A stretch of 64,000 bases of DNA from Octopus vulgaris (GCA_951406725.2 OX597814.1:225122001-225186000); one strand, 5' to 3'. Shown: positions 27,850-42,405, counted from the stretch's first letter. The notes: a model not told the origin generated them from the letters alone. Translations and numbers: made by a program.

Positions 27850-27856
27850 ATAGTTA

Positions 27857-27980
27857 CTGAGTAAGAGAGCAGCGCATGCCATAAAAGTGACACTGGGGAA
27901 GACATATACGAAGCTCAATATACCGATTATAACTACCCATCTGATAAGGGTACATCAGATACATGCATCACAACTATGTT
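27857..27980 (-). repeat. Interspersed repeat, reverse copy of the 3' part of 39358-39681
   Basis: GTGACACTGGG...TACGAAGCTCAATATACC...ATGCATCACAAC. Confidence 0.7.
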
Positions 27981-27999
27981 ATTATTATTGTTGTTGTTG

Positions 28000-29112
28000 A
28001 TATTTACTTTTCATCTGCATGTGTGTTACAATCACATGCCGAAACACACCCAGCGTCCGGGGGCGAGTGAAGGATAAGAGATGTTACAGTATGACTGAAA
28101 GCGTGGGGAGGGGAAGTGGAGGGGACAGTAGCGAAATATCTTCATGTAATACAACACAGAATATAAATTGAAAGGGTTTTTCTAAGGATGTGGACAGTAC
28201 TTGTCAGCACAATCTTTTGGATCTCTCTGAGACCTGGTTCTCCTGAGATGTTATCTAGATATTTCTGACATCCCTTTTTCATCATGCCTATGGCGCTTAC
28301 AATGACAAGAACAGTTCCTGCTTTAAGATGCCACGTCTTTTGTCTTTCAATTTCCAGGACCTTGTCAAATTCCTTTACAGATATACTTTCATGAGCGGGA
28401 ACGCTTACATGCATTAGTCTACAAGTATTTTCATCCCAGCCTTTAATGACTATGTCTGGTCGATTTGCCTGCATCGTTTTGTCAGCGTTGACTGGAAGAT
28501 TCCAGGGATAGTGACATTTTTACCTTCAACGTCTGTCTCAGGATGATGTTCGTACTAGTAAGCAGTAGTGCTGATTTGGTAGTGTTTACATATTTTCCAA
28601 TTTAAATACTGCTCTACCCTATCGTGGCCATTTTTGCATTTGTTTGGTGTCAGCACAGGACATCCCGAGATGGTATGATCTATTGTTTCACCAAATGTGT
28701 CGCAGAATCTACATTTAGATCAGAACCATTTTGAAGAAAGTTAGCCTGGTAGTTTTTGTTAAGAGAGCTTTGATCTTGTGCCGCTAATATGAAACCTTCA
28801 GTTCCTGCTTTCAATCCTGAGCTTCTCAGCCATTGATGGGTTGTTGCTTGGTCTACATCAGCATTTCGGCTTCGAAGTATATACTGTCCATGCAGAGGCT
28901 TCTGGCTCCACCGCTCCTCAATTTTTTTCTACCCGTTCTTTTTTTTCAGACTGCTCGATCCTTGCTTGCTTGGTGGCAGTGATTTCAGGTTCTTCACCTG
29001 ATTGAGGATTAATGTCACGTTCCCTTGCGAATTTGCAAGCTTCCTTGACAACAAAATGTGATTGTTAGCTACTTTTGTATTTGCACATAAGCCACAACAT
29101 TCAGTCCTGGTA
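28000..29112 (-). mobile_element. RLE-type (R4/Dong-like) retrotransposon 3' part, decayed
   Basis: ANRPDIVIKGW...IQKIVLTSTVHILRKTLS; upstream PLHG and LKAGTEGFILAAQDQSSL motifs. Flanked by TAA/CAA repeats. Confidence 0.85.
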
Positions 29113-29126
29113 TTATAGTTATAATT

Positions 29127-29165
<39 letters not shown>

Positions 29166-29179
29166 ATTATTATTATTCA

Positions 29180-29465
29180 GGCTGGCAGAATCGTTAGCAA
29201 GCCGGGCAAAGTGTTTAGTGATATTTCCTCCGTCTTTTCGCTCTGAGTTCAAATTGTGCGGAGGTCGACTTTGCATTTCATCTTTTCGAAGTCGATAAAT
29301 TACGTACCAGTGAAACACTGGGGTCCATGTATTCAACTTTACCCTTTCCCCGAAATTTCAGGCCTTGTGACTCTAGTAGAATGGATTATTGAAGACTGGA
29401 GTCGATGTAATCGATTATTATCCTACCCCAAAACGGCCGCCCTTGAGGCAAAGTTTGAAACTATT
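29180..29465 (+). mobile_element. tRNA-derived SINE with duplicated 3' part
   Basis: GCTGGCAGAATCGTTAGC head and family core. Confidence 0.8.
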
Positions 29466-29497
29466 ATTATTAATATTATTATTATTATTATTATTAT

Positions 29498-29539
<42 letters not shown>

Positions 29540-29540
29540 A

Positions 29541-29584
<44 letters not shown>

Positions 29585-30104
29585 AGAAGTAGTAGTAGTA
29601 GTAGTAGTTGTTGTTGTTTATGTTGTTTCTGATGTTGATGATGTTGTTGTCGGTCCAGTTGTTGTAGAATCTCAGATATGAAAAATTCAAGGTATGTCTG
29701 AGAGAGAGAGAGAGAGAGCGCGCGCTTGTGAGTGACGGGTATGTGTGGTGTGTTTGTGTCTTCATTCCAGTTAAAGTCAACAAAGTTTTCCTTTTTTTTT
29801 TTACTCTGTTGGTCAAAATGCCTGAAAAGATATCGTTTAGTCGTACTACATCCTTATTTCCATTACCCAGTTAGTTCTTGCTTCTGGATGTCACAGCTCG
29901 AAAAAATACAATTCAATTGGCAGTGGTATAGCTTTGTGAGCGAATTTAGTGGAACGAACTAACCTCGATGTCTTTTGCGTATTAGGTTGTGCATATGTTG
30001 TGCAACTGAAAAGAAGGGAATGACAGATGTGTGTAGTAAAGCATTCGAAAAAAAAACTGCAGATTCTAGATATGTTACCGTTATAAATATGACTTCAGTA
30101 GTTA

Positions 30105-30910
30105 AGACGGCGAGCTGGCAGAATCGATAGCACGCCGGGCGAAATGCTTTGCGGTATTTCGTCTGCCGCTACGTTCTGAGTTCAAATTCCGCCGAGGTCG
30201 ACTTTGCCTTTCATCCTTTCGGGGTCGATTAAATAAGTATCAGTTACGCACTGGGGTCGATATAATCGTCTTAATCCGTTTGTCTGTCCTTATTCGCCCC
30301 CTCTGTGTTTAGTCCCTTCTGGGTAGTAAAGAAATAGGTATTTCGTATGCCGTTACGTTCTGAGTTCAAATTCCGCTGAGGTCGACTTTGCCTTTCATCC
30401 TTTCGGGGTCGATTAAATAAGTATAAGTTACGCACTGGGGTCGATATAATCGACTTAATCCGTTTGTCTGTCCTTGTTCGTCCCCTCTGTGTTTAGCCCC
30501 TTGTGGGCGGTAAAGGAATAGGTATTCCGTATGCCGTTACGTTCTGAGTTCAAATTCCGCCGAGGTCAACTTTGCCTTTCATCCTTTCGGGGTCGATAAA
30601 TTAAGTACCAGTTACGCACTGGGGTCGATGTAATTGACTTAATTCCTTTGTCTGTCCTTGTTTGTCCCCTCTAATGTTTAGCCCCTTGTGGGCAATAAAA
30701 AAATAAGTATCGTTAGCATGCCGGGAAAAATGCTGTCGCGGCATTTCGTCCGTCTTTATGTTCTGAGTTCAATTTCCGCCGTAGTCGACTTTGCCTTTCA
30801 TCCTTTCGGGATTTGACAAATTGAGTACCGGTTGAACACTAAGGTCGATGTAATCGTTTAACCCGCTTCCTCGGAATTGCTGGCTTTGAGCCTAAAAATT
30901 GAAACCAGTA
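30105..30910 (+). mobile_element. tRNA-derived SINE tandem trimer followed by an older copy
   Basis: Head plus three ~182-bp units to ~30707, then an older SINE 30708-30910. Confidence 0.92.
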
Positions 30911-31303
30911 TGATTTGATTGATTTTAATTAATTTGGAGATCTGAAATATAGCTTGTTAACCAGCATTTAGTGCCATTTCTAATATTATAAATTGACTTG
31001 CTGTAACTAGCTCTCAAATCACCTTCAAGTACACCCTTTCATCATTATAAAACAAAAACGGATGAAGGTCGACGTTGTGTTGTTATTGTTGCTGCTGGTG
31101 ATGATGATAGTAGCGAAGGTAGGAGTAGTAATAATAGTGGTGGTGGCGGTGGTGGTGGTACCGCTAGCAGGTAACAATGTCTCCCTGATGTACGAATAAT
31201 GTATAGACTCTGTTGGCAACGAGAAAACAGAAGATCAAATAACTTCAGATATAGAATGTATAACAGCAAAACATTATACAATGTAATCGCGAGACACTAG
31301 GAA

Positions 31304-31346
<43 letters not shown>

Positions 31347-31354
31347 TGATAATT

Positions 31355-31550
31355 TTTTTTTCTTTACTACCCCAAGGGGCTAAAAATAGCGGGGACAAAC
31401 AAGGACAGACAAACGGATGAAGTCGATTACATCGACCCCAGTGCGTAACTGGTACTTAATTTATCGACCCCGAAAGGATGAAAGGCAAAATCGATTTCGG
31501 CAGAATTTGAACTCAGAACGTAGCATTTCGCCCGGCGTGCTAACGTTTCT
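31355..31550 (-). mobile_element. tRNA-derived SINE
   Basis: Family motifs on the - strand. Confidence 0.88.
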
Positions 31551-31551
31551 G

Positions 31552-31605
31552 ATAATAATAATAATAATAATAATAATGATAATAATAATAATAATGATAA
31601 TATTA

Positions 31606-31658
<53 letters not shown>

Positions 31659-31701
31659 TATAATAATAATAATTATAATAATAGTAATAATAATAATAGT
31701 A

Positions 31702-31754
<53 letters not shown>

Positions 31755-31809
31755 AATAATAATGATAATAATAATAATAATGATAATAATAATAATAATG
31801 ATAATATTA

Positions 31810-31852
<43 letters not shown>

Positions 31853-31893
31853 TAATAATAATAATAATGATAATAATAATAATGATAATATTA

Positions 31894-31990
<97 letters not shown>

Positions 31991-32013
31991 TAATAATAAT
32001 AATAATAATAATG

Positions 32014-32058
<45 letters not shown>
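31552..32058. repeat. (TAA)n microsatellite, ~500 bp
   Basis: Direct reading. Confidence 0.98.
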
Positions 32059-32059
<1 letters not shown>

Positions 32060-33550
32060 GATCAATACTAAACACAGAGCTTAGATCAATACTAAACACA
32101 GAGCTTAGATCAATACTAAACACAGAGCTTAGATCAATACTAAACACAGAGCTTAGATCAATACTAAACACAGAGTAATAGATCAATACTAAACACAGAG
32201 CTCAATGCTAAAAACAAGATAATAGGTATCAACACTTTAGCTGTCCCAGTTATAAGTTACAGCTACAATATCCTTAACTGGACACGAAATGAACTGACCA
32301 AAATAGATAGGAAAACAAGAAAAATAATGACAGGATCTAGGATGCATCACCCAAAATCTGACATAGAAAGACTATATATACAACGTATAGAAGGTGGTAG
32401 AGGCCTTATACAGCTGGAAAACTACTATAAAATAACCACCATAGGACTGCAAAAATATCTACTTCAGAAGGAAGGAAAACTGATCCAGATAGCGGCAAAA
32501 CACGAGCAAAACAAAAAACTGTTCTCAGTATTTAAGGAAGCTGACAAATACAAACAAGAAATCATACCACCTAATAAACATGAAGAAGAAGAAGAAGAAG
32601 AAGATGAAGAAACAACAAAAGCTATAAAACAAATGAAATCCAAACTAAAAACAGAACAGCAACGAACCATGATAAAACGATGGCAAGAAAAGCCCCTTCA
32701 TGGTAAATACTGCACTAAACTAAACGCAAAAGAAATAGACAAAGAAAAATCCCAGCAATGGTTGAGAAGCTCAGGACTCAAAGCAGAAACAGAGGGATTT
32801 TTAATTGCAGCACAAGACCAAAGCCTCCCCACCAGAAATTACCAAAAACATGTAATGAAAAGAAATATTACAAGTAACTGCAGAATATGTGGAGATGGAC
32901 AAGAAACAATAAATCATATTATCTCTAGCTGCCCAGTCCTGGCTAAGAAGGAATATATTCACAGACATGACAGAGTTGGAACCTACATACATTGGAAGCT
33001 ATGCCAACATTATGGAATAACAACAGAAAAAAGATGGTATAGGCACACACCAGAAAAGGTCACAGAAAACGAGAAAGCAACCATACTCTGGGATATGCCG
33101 ATACACACAGATAGAGAAATTAAGGCCAACAGACCAGATATAGTTGTCAGAGATCATGAAGAAAAAAATGCTTTTTAATTGATGTATCAATACCGGCAGA
33201 TGACAACGTGTCTCTAAAAGAAATGGAGAAACTCTCAAAATACAAAGACCTGGAAATAGAGGTAACTAGAATGTGGAATCTGAAAACAGAAACAATTCCT
33301 ATCATAGTAGGTGCATTAGGCATGATAAAAAAATATTCAGACAAATACATAACAAAAACACCAGGACTTACAAACACATATAACATACAGAAAATTGCAC
33401 TACTAGGCACTGCACACATCCTACGCAGAACACTTTCCATACAATAACCATCAGAGCATCACAACAAATCACAGCACATACCCAAGGCACACAGAGCTGC
33501 GCTCGGTAGTGAAGTGAAAGCACGCTATAAAAATAAAAATAAAACTACTG
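32059..33550 (+). mobile_element. R4/Dong-like RLE non-LTR retrotransposon, 5'-truncated, young, inserted in (TAA)n
   Basis: Post-RT motif RLYIQRIEGGRGL, KPLHG, CRICGDGQETINHIISSC (CCHC), RHD, ANRPDIVV..LID...EKLSKY (PD..D..K endonuclease). One frameshift at ~33165. The 3' UTR ends AAAACTACTG|AATAAT. Confidence 0.95.
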
Positions 33551-34100
<550 letters not shown>

Positions 34101-35467
34101 ACAGAGAACGAAGAAGAAATAATATGGACAACAAACAACAATAAGGACAAAGAAGAAAGTATAAGAATAATATATTGTAAATGGGAGCAAACGAAATGAG
34201 AAATAAGGGCAATGGTGATAAGATAAAAATAAGACAAATATTCATAATGACGGCAACGACAACAACAATAATGAAAATTGGCGTCAAAACTGTAACAACT
34301 ATAACTATTTGGTGAGAGTAAGTTTTAGAGTTTCCTATAGTTTTCATATTTACATAAAGTACACACCTGTAACCATGGAGATAAAAGTACATTGTAGACA
34401 ACAGTGGAGGAAACATCGCATTCTCAGCTGAATTACGTATGCCTCTTGTTGACTTAGTTGACAATTTACAACATCTTTAAGTTGTTATGGAGACTATCTT
34501 TTTTTTTTTTTGCTTGTTTGTTTTGATTAATCGTTTGAATAAACTAGAATCATTCTCGTGTGAGTTAAATGCTGTTATTCGAACGAAAATTTACTGTTTT
34601 TTTTTTGTTACCTATAAGTTACTGTTGCTATTGTTGTTCAGCCGCTGGCGAGAGCTTGTTAATCTAGTACGTGACAAATGAGTCCACTTTGTCTTTTGTT
34701 CAGAAATAATATTCGAAGTTGATATAGTTCAATTTGCTGGAGACCTTTCATGCAAATTACGTCGCAGTGATTTCGAGGCATTATTTCCCAATGGTACCAT
34801 AACAGAAGGAACAGATCTGAACTTTTGCACCTTCAAATGTTGTTTCAGAGAGAAAATCCCTCAGGTATAATAAAGAAATAGCATTGTTAATAGAAATGCA
34901 TTGCATAATTCCAAGCTGAGAAGTGTTTTTCTTTTGGATATTTCTTTTCTTTTTGGTGGCGGGTTGGTCAATTAATCGCTGCAAGCACTTTACTTAGTAC
35001 TTTACTTTATCGACCCCAGAATAAATGAATGGCAAAGTTCACCTCGATAGGAATTGAACCCAAAACATGATTAAATACAGCCAAGTCAATTTATTATACC
35101 TTCTAACAATTCTATCAGTACACCATTCTCTGGTATTGTTGATAGTAACAAGGAACTTGCACAATTAATTTAAGAATTTTTCGATGACTTCGACTTAAAA
35201 ACATTCACAAAGAAATTCAAAAAGGGAGAAATTGATTCTATAAATATTTAGAAGTGACACTGTTACCCCGTAACAAATATCGTCACAATCTCACTGAGAA
35301 ATGTTTAGAATATGGAGAGACGATGTCTAAGAGGGGTTTCAGTGGGTTGGATCAATGGGATCCTGTAGTGATTGGCTGATGATTCTTATTTTGGCTTTGA
35401 GAAATTTGCTGCCTTTTATCGCGGGATAAGATACCGCGGAAAACTCAGTAATATAAGAGGAAATTAA

Positions 35468-35685
35468 AGCGGCGAGCTGGCAAAATCGTTAGCATGCCGG
35501 GCAAAATGCTTAGCCGCAATTTCGTCTGTCTTTACGTTCTAAGTCCAAATTCCACTGAGGTCTACTTTGCTTTTCATCCTTTCGGGGGTTGATAAAATAA
35601 GGGCCAGTCGAGCACTGAGGTCGATGTAATCGGCTTACCCCTTCCCCTAAACTGCTGACCGCGTGGCAAAATCTGAAACCAATAT
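35468..35685 (+). mobile_element. tRNA-derived SINE
   Basis: GCGGCGAGCTGGCAAAATCGTTAGC head and family core. Confidence 0.88.
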
Positions 35686-35976
35686 GAGAGCAAATTAACT
35701 CAGCGCTGCCAACCAGCCAGCCAACCAACCAACCAACCAACCAACCAACCAACCAACCAACCAACTAACCAACCAATCAACCAACCAAAGAATGAAACTT
35801 GTCATTGAACTAAGTTGTGACCATCTAATAGAATCAAACTCATTCGTTGTATTTCTATCTTTTTCGAGGGTGAAGGTTGTTTAATAATTGATCGGAAGGA
35901 TACGAATAGTCACAAACTCTGCGTAAAGATGGCATGTAGGTCTGTGAATACTTTTAGATGATGATCCCTCAACAAG

Positions 35977-36318
35977 TGAAGTTGCATGGCTCAGTGGTTA
36001 GAGCGTCGGGCTCACAATAATGAGGTAATGGGTTAGATTCTCGGACCGGGCTGTGTGTTGTGTTCTTGAACAACACACTTTATTTCACGTCGCTTCAGTT
36101 CATTCAGCTGTAGAAATTAGTTACGACGTCACTGGTGCCAAGCTGTATCGGCCTTTGCCATTCCGTTGGATAATATTGTCGGCGTGGAGAGGGGAGGCTG
36201 GAGTGCATGGGCGAATGCTGGTCTTCCACAAACAACCTTGCCCGGACTTGTACCTCGGAAGGGGAACTTTCTAGGTGCAATCCCAAGGTAATTCATAATC
36301 AAAGGTAGGTCTTTACCT
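35977..36318 (+). mobile_element. tRNA-derived SINE, second family
   Basis: A box TGGCTCAGTGGTTAGAGC, degenerate B box GGTTAGATTCTC, then GACCGGGCTGTGTGTTGTGTTCTTGA. Confidence 0.75.
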
Positions 36319-37039
36319 TCAACAAACTGATTGTAAACAGCACAAAAAGTGTCATTAAAGTAGTCTTTCTCGGCATGAAAGTCGAGGGCATATATAGTGT
36401 AAACATGCAATGTTAGCATTCGAACATCTTCTCTATCTTTCCAAGTCCTGCTGCATTTCAGTTTTTGGTCCTCCAAAGTCGGCTTGGTGTATAAATTGCC
36501 CTAGATTACTTTGGATGTACATTTTGGCCTGTTTTCAGACCAAAATTTTACTTGTATCCTGTAAAATGTTGCAAAGACATACGAGTGAAATAAGAATCAG
36601 CAAATGCGTTATAAAATTTACACTTTAACGTGCACCAATATGCATGCGTATATAACGGTGTATATTTTTACAGAGAAAAAAAAAAGGCATACATTAAACC
36701 TGGGGACACTCTTTACCATGTGAAAATATGACGAAAGTTCTAGGAAATTGAAATTATGGTCCACAGAAGAATACATTCCTTTCATCCAATCTTCCTGATG
36801 CTGCTAAGACTCACCCTTTAGAAGCCGTTCAAAATAGTTTCTTGATATTTTCTTACCAGAATATCATCAGTTCATTGTTCATAAACATCCATCAAAATAT
36901 CAATCTTTACAAATAGAAAATAAATATCGATCATATCGATTACTTTGCCAGTCAAAGATATGCGGTATACTTATCGTTCTGCAATGGCTGTTCACAAAAA
37001 AAAATTAATATAATTATTTCTTTACCACACGCGCGTGCG

Positions 37040-37285
37040 CGCACACATACATACATACATACACACATACATACATACACACATACATACATACACACAT
37101 ACATACACACATACATACATACACACATACATACATACACACATACATACATACACACATACATACATACACACATACATACATACATACACACATACAC
37201 ACATACATACATACATACACACATACATATATATACGTACATACATACATACATACATACACACATACACACATAGATACATACA
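37040..37285. repeat. (CATA/CA)n compound microsatellite
   Basis: Direct reading. Confidence 0.95.
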
Positions 37286-37723
37286 TGTAAACAAAGTTAT
37301 TTATCTACTTTCCGGTTGTGCGCATGTTTTCTCTTCCTTTTTTGCCATGGTAAATACGAGTATTGTTAACATTCGTTGAATATACCGAAATTATAGGCGT
37401 TTGGAAACTATGTGTAAATGTTCGGTTTATATACGCGCTACAAACGCACGCACACACACACACACACATACAAATATATAGCTATATATATATATATATA
37501 TATGCATCACATAGGCGTACATATAAATACATACGCATATAGACCATTCCGCCAGCTCGCGGCCTTTATAATAAATACATATAAATGCATATGCATATAT
37601 ACCTATACCAATACATATAACATACACACACATATATATGTCTACACACACATTCACACATGCATACATAAGTATTCAAACATATATACATGTACTCGCA
37701 TATAAATATATGTATGTATGTAT

Positions 37724-38040
<317 letters not shown>

Positions 38041-38052
38041 ATAAATAAATAA

Positions 38053-38097
<45 letters not shown>

Positions 38098-38104
38098 CAG
38101 ACAA

Positions 38105-38231
<127 letters not shown>

Positions 38232-38244
38232 TACATACATATAC

Positions 38245-38610
38245 AGAGAGAGAATTCGCAAAAAGAAAACAAAAGAAGACAGGTGGTGTAGACAGCAAAC
38301 AGATGTATCAAATTAACGCTCGAGAAATGAAAAAGTCTTTAACGTTTCGAGCCTACGCTCTTCCACAGAAAGGAACACAGAAAGAAACAAGGAGAGAAAA
38401 TAAAGAATGTGTAGTGGCTAGCGTTCTATCATGGCAAATGCCGGACAGAAGGGTCACACAGGAGAGCTACGAAGAAGGGGAGAAAATAAAGTAGTGGTGA
38501 TCCCTAAAAGAAGGTGCGCGTGCGTTTGTATAAGAGAGCATGTATGTGTGTGTGGAAGAGGGGTGGTGATCTTGACGTCTGCGTGTGTGTATGTGTAGGT
38601 GTGTGGATGA
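38245..38610 (-). mobile_element. Penelope-like pseudo-LTR fragment
   Basis: Contains a hammerhead fold ~90 nt from an end that abuts a microsatellite. Confidence 0.6.
38337..38372 (-). ncRNA. Minimal type I hammerhead ribozyme-like motif (C3-G8, A6 reads U)
   Basis: On the - strand: CTTT-CTGTGGA-A-GAGC[GTAG]GCTC-GAAA-CG-T-T-AAAG. Confidence 0.65.
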
Positions 38611-38934
38611 TTGAAAAGTTCGCTTAACACACTCCGCGACTGTAACCTTATCTCTATGTCACACCTCTATCACTCGAGGTCATCAAATGACTTTCACTAC
38701 CTTGTGTCTCTTACATATTTCATTTCTGAAAACGGTACGATCATGTTCCACCTCAAGAAAATAGCTGAGCGTCATTTTTTGCTAGTACGCAAGTTGCCAA
38801 AGTTATCTGATGTATTCTAATTTTTTTTATCGTTTCAACTGGTATTTCTTCGCTGTATCCACTCGATTCTTTTCTAATTGCTTTCTTCATCGGTTGTTGC
38901 TTATCTGCTCGAGGTTGGTTCAATAAATCGATCG

Positions 38935-39145
38935 CAGTAGGCACCAGGCCTGAAATTTGAGGGGAGGGAGAACAAGTCGATTTCATCGACCCCAGTACTT
39001 GATCGGTACTTATTTTATCGATCCCGAAAGGTTAAAAGGCAAAGTCGACTTCGACGAAATTTGAAGTCTGAACGAAATGTCGCTAAGCACTTGTTCAACA
39101 GGGTGGCCATTCCGCCCATTCCGCCCATTCCGCCAGCTCGCAGCC
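38935..39145 (-). mobile_element. tRNA-derived SINE, diverged
   Basis: Family motifs on the - strand. Confidence 0.8.
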
Positions 39146-39157
39146 TGTATAATAATG

Positions 39158-39220
<63 letters not shown>

Positions 39221-39221
<1 letters not shown>

Positions 39222-39325
39222 CATACAATAACCATCAGAGCATCACAACAAATCACAGCACATACCCAATGCACACAGAGCTGCGCTCGGTAGTGAAGTG
39301 AAAGCACGCTATAAAAATAAAACTA

Positions 39326-39328
<3 letters not shown>
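39221..39328 (+). mobile_element. 108-bp 3' tip of the R4/Dong-like element in (TAA)n
   Basis: Nearly identical to 33436-33550, with TAA repeats on both sides. Confidence 0.93.
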
Positions 39329-39357
<29 letters not shown>

Positions 39358-39681
39358 GCATCATAGCCATGTGCTGAGAGGAATTCTTTAGGGTTTGAAT
39401 AATTCATCTCTGGAAACATGGGTGATATCTTCATCATCCTTAAACAAACCTTATTGAAGGACTGTTTGAGTGGGATGGGCTACTCCAGCTGAAGAAAATC
39501 CTAACTAGGCCTCACCTGCCAGGTTATGCGCTGTTTATCTTCATATAAGATCACAATGTCACGCACATATGGTTGTGATGCATGTGCCTGGTGTAACCTT
39601 ATGAGACGCGTAGTCATGTTGGGTATATTGGGCTTCGTATATTTTATCCCAGTGTCACTGGCATGTGCTACTCTCTCACTC
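39358..39681 (+). repeat. Interspersed repeat (probable retroposon 3' region) in TAA repeats
   Basis: Paralog at 27857-27980. Ends in (AAT)n. Confidence 0.6.
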
Positions 39682-39717
<36 letters not shown>

Positions 39718-39730
39718 CATGATGATGATG

Positions 39731-40582
39731 ATTTCATTTATTTGCCACAAGGGCAAAGGATGAGGGGAACAATACGGTGACAGATATAAAGTGTGGGGGG
39801 TTTACATATAATAATGAAATGATAAAAAATAGTATACACGGTATACACAGGTAAAAAAGAGACATATGCATAGCATACAAAGGTACAAAAAAGTGGGGGT
39901 GATAGAGATATGGCCCTCATGATACAGGAACGCCTCTAGGGATAATCGAGGAACCCCGCTGTCCGAGATTTTCCTGAAACGCTATGGGCAAGTGCCCTCT
40001 CCAATTCCTTATCTCCGACTCACGAGTCTACACTTGGAGAGGTACCATCCACACTTGCCATTTTCGCAACTTTCATCCACCTTTCGATAAATTCACCTGA
40101 GGACAGCATTTCCCTCTCCACTCTCAGTTTCCTTTTCAAGTGAAACTTGAAAAAGTCAATGACAGCTCTACCAAAAGAGGAATGTATCTGCCCTCATGCC
40201 TTTCAGCCTTGTCCACCAAACAACCTTTTTTGCCATTGCCACCAGGCAAAGGAAAGCTGCCTTGCCTGCCCGATTGAAGGCGGGCAGTGGTGCAATCATC
40301 GCTACACGTGACAGCAGCTGTTCAACATAACTCCACAAGACAGCAATACCCGGACACTGAACGAGGGCGTGCAGAACGGTTTCATCACTCTGCGCGCATC
40401 TCGGACAAGTCCGTGTGACAGCGCATCCGGACCTATAGAGCTTGTCTCGAACCGGTAACGCCCCCTGATAGCCAAGGGCATCTGGAAATTATCCATGATA
40501 GTTCCCGACCGGCAAGTCCTCCGAAAGAGACTAGCCAGTTCATTCTCGACGGCACCCAGAATCTCTCCGACAACGTCGTCGC

Positions 40583-40583
<1 letters not shown>
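39731..40583 (-). mobile_element. L1/Tx1-clade LINE 3' fragment
   Basis: The - strand encodes LPVRDKLYRSGCAVTRTCPRCAQSDETVLHALVQCPGIAVLWSYVEQLLSRV (zf-RVT-like). The 3' end reads CCCTTGTGGCAAATAAATGAAAT. Confidence 0.85.
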
Positions 40584-40587
<4 letters not shown>

Positions 40588-40650
<63 letters not shown>

Positions 40651-40703
40651 TAATAATGATAATAACAACAAAAACACCACCACCAACAACAACAATAATA
40701 ATG

Positions 40704-40741
<38 letters not shown>

Positions 40742-40828
40742 CATAATGATAATAATAATAATCATAATGATAATAATGATAATAACAACAAAACACCACC
40801 ACCAACAACAACAACAACAATAATAATG

Positions 40829-40898
<70 letters not shown>

Positions 40899-41696
40899 CC
40901 TGGATTTGCCCCATGAAAAAAAAACCTGGATTTGCCCCATGAAAAAAAAACCTGGATTTGCCCCATGAAAAACAAAACCTGGATTTGCCCCATGAAAAAA
41001 ACTGGTGGGAACACAATCCACCTCCTGTGCTTGAAAATGACCACATCTCACTCCTCTGGAACTTCACCATTCAGACTGACAGGAAGATAGATGCAAATAG
41101 GCCAGACATTATATGGAAAGACTTCAGACAAAGAACATGCCTCCTCATTGATATGACTGTCCCAATCGATATAAACGTATCTGTCAAGACCTACCAAAAA
41201 CTGAGCAAGTATAAAGATCTTGAAATAGAAATCAGCAAAATGTGGAAGCTGAAGACTAAAACAATACCTGTTGTCATAGGTGCCCTGGGAATGATAGCGA
41301 AAGGGACTGATTGCTACCTAACTCAGATACCAGGAAACCCCAAAATGGCAGAAATTCAAAAGATAGTGCTCATGGGAACTGCTCATATCCTACGCAAAAT
41401 ACTCTCTATGTAATCCCAAGGTTTAAAACAAACTTTTTTGCTTATTTATTTTAATTTAAAAAGAAAAAAAATTTTTTTTTAAATTTAAATTTTTAAATTT
41501 TTATTTTTATTTTTTTTTTTTTATTAATTTATTTATTTTTTATTTTTATGTATTAGACATTCACTAGTACAACACCAAAAAAAAAACAAAAAAAAACCCA
41601 AATATATGGCACAGAACTTCCAACCTGTTGTCTCTTGAGGTCTCTGGGTGAGACTTGGAGCCAACTTGTACAGACATAAAGCAAAAGTCAAACATA

Positions 41697-41748
<52 letters not shown>

Positions 41749-41809
41749 CATAATCATAATAATGATAATAACAACAAAAACACCACCACCACCAACAACA
41801 ATAATAATG

Positions 41810-41889
<80 letters not shown>

Positions 41890-41952
41890 CATAATGATAA
41901 TAATGATAATAACAACAAAACACCACCACCAAGAACAACAACAATAATGATG

Positions 41953-42002
<50 letters not shown>

Positions 42003-42065
42003 CATAATGATAATAATGATAATAACAACAAAACACCACCACCAACAACAACAACAATAATGATG

Positions 42066-42142
<77 letters not shown>

Positions 42143-42203
42143 AAGAAGAAGAAGAAGAAGAATGATGATGATGATGATAATAATAATAATAATGATGATG
42201 ATG

Positions 42204-42275
<72 letters not shown>

Positions 42276-42329
42276 GGTGCCCCAGCATGGTCGCGGCCTT
42301 CGGGCTAAAACATGTTTAAGGATTTAAGG

Positions 42330-42396
<67 letters not shown>

Positions 42397-42405
42397 TAAT
42401 AATAA
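40588..42405. repeat. (TAA)n-based complex repeat interrupted by the 40895 element
   Basis: TAA runs punctuated by ACAACAAAACACCACCACCAACAAC blocks, plus (GAA)n and (GAT)n. Confidence 0.9.
40895..41697 (+). mobile_element. R4/Dong-like RLE retrotransposon, another family, 5'-truncated, in (TAA)n
   Basis: LLWNFTIQTDRKIDANRPDII...LIDMTVP...QKLSKYKDL...GTAHILRK. The 3' end reads AAACATAG|AATAAT. Confidence 0.92.

Noticed and set aside
30150-30340. SINE tandem unit as a retrozyme-like ribozyme repeat
   Set aside because: I found no hammerhead core on either strand by eye. GGATGAAAG...GAAA does not fit the fold.
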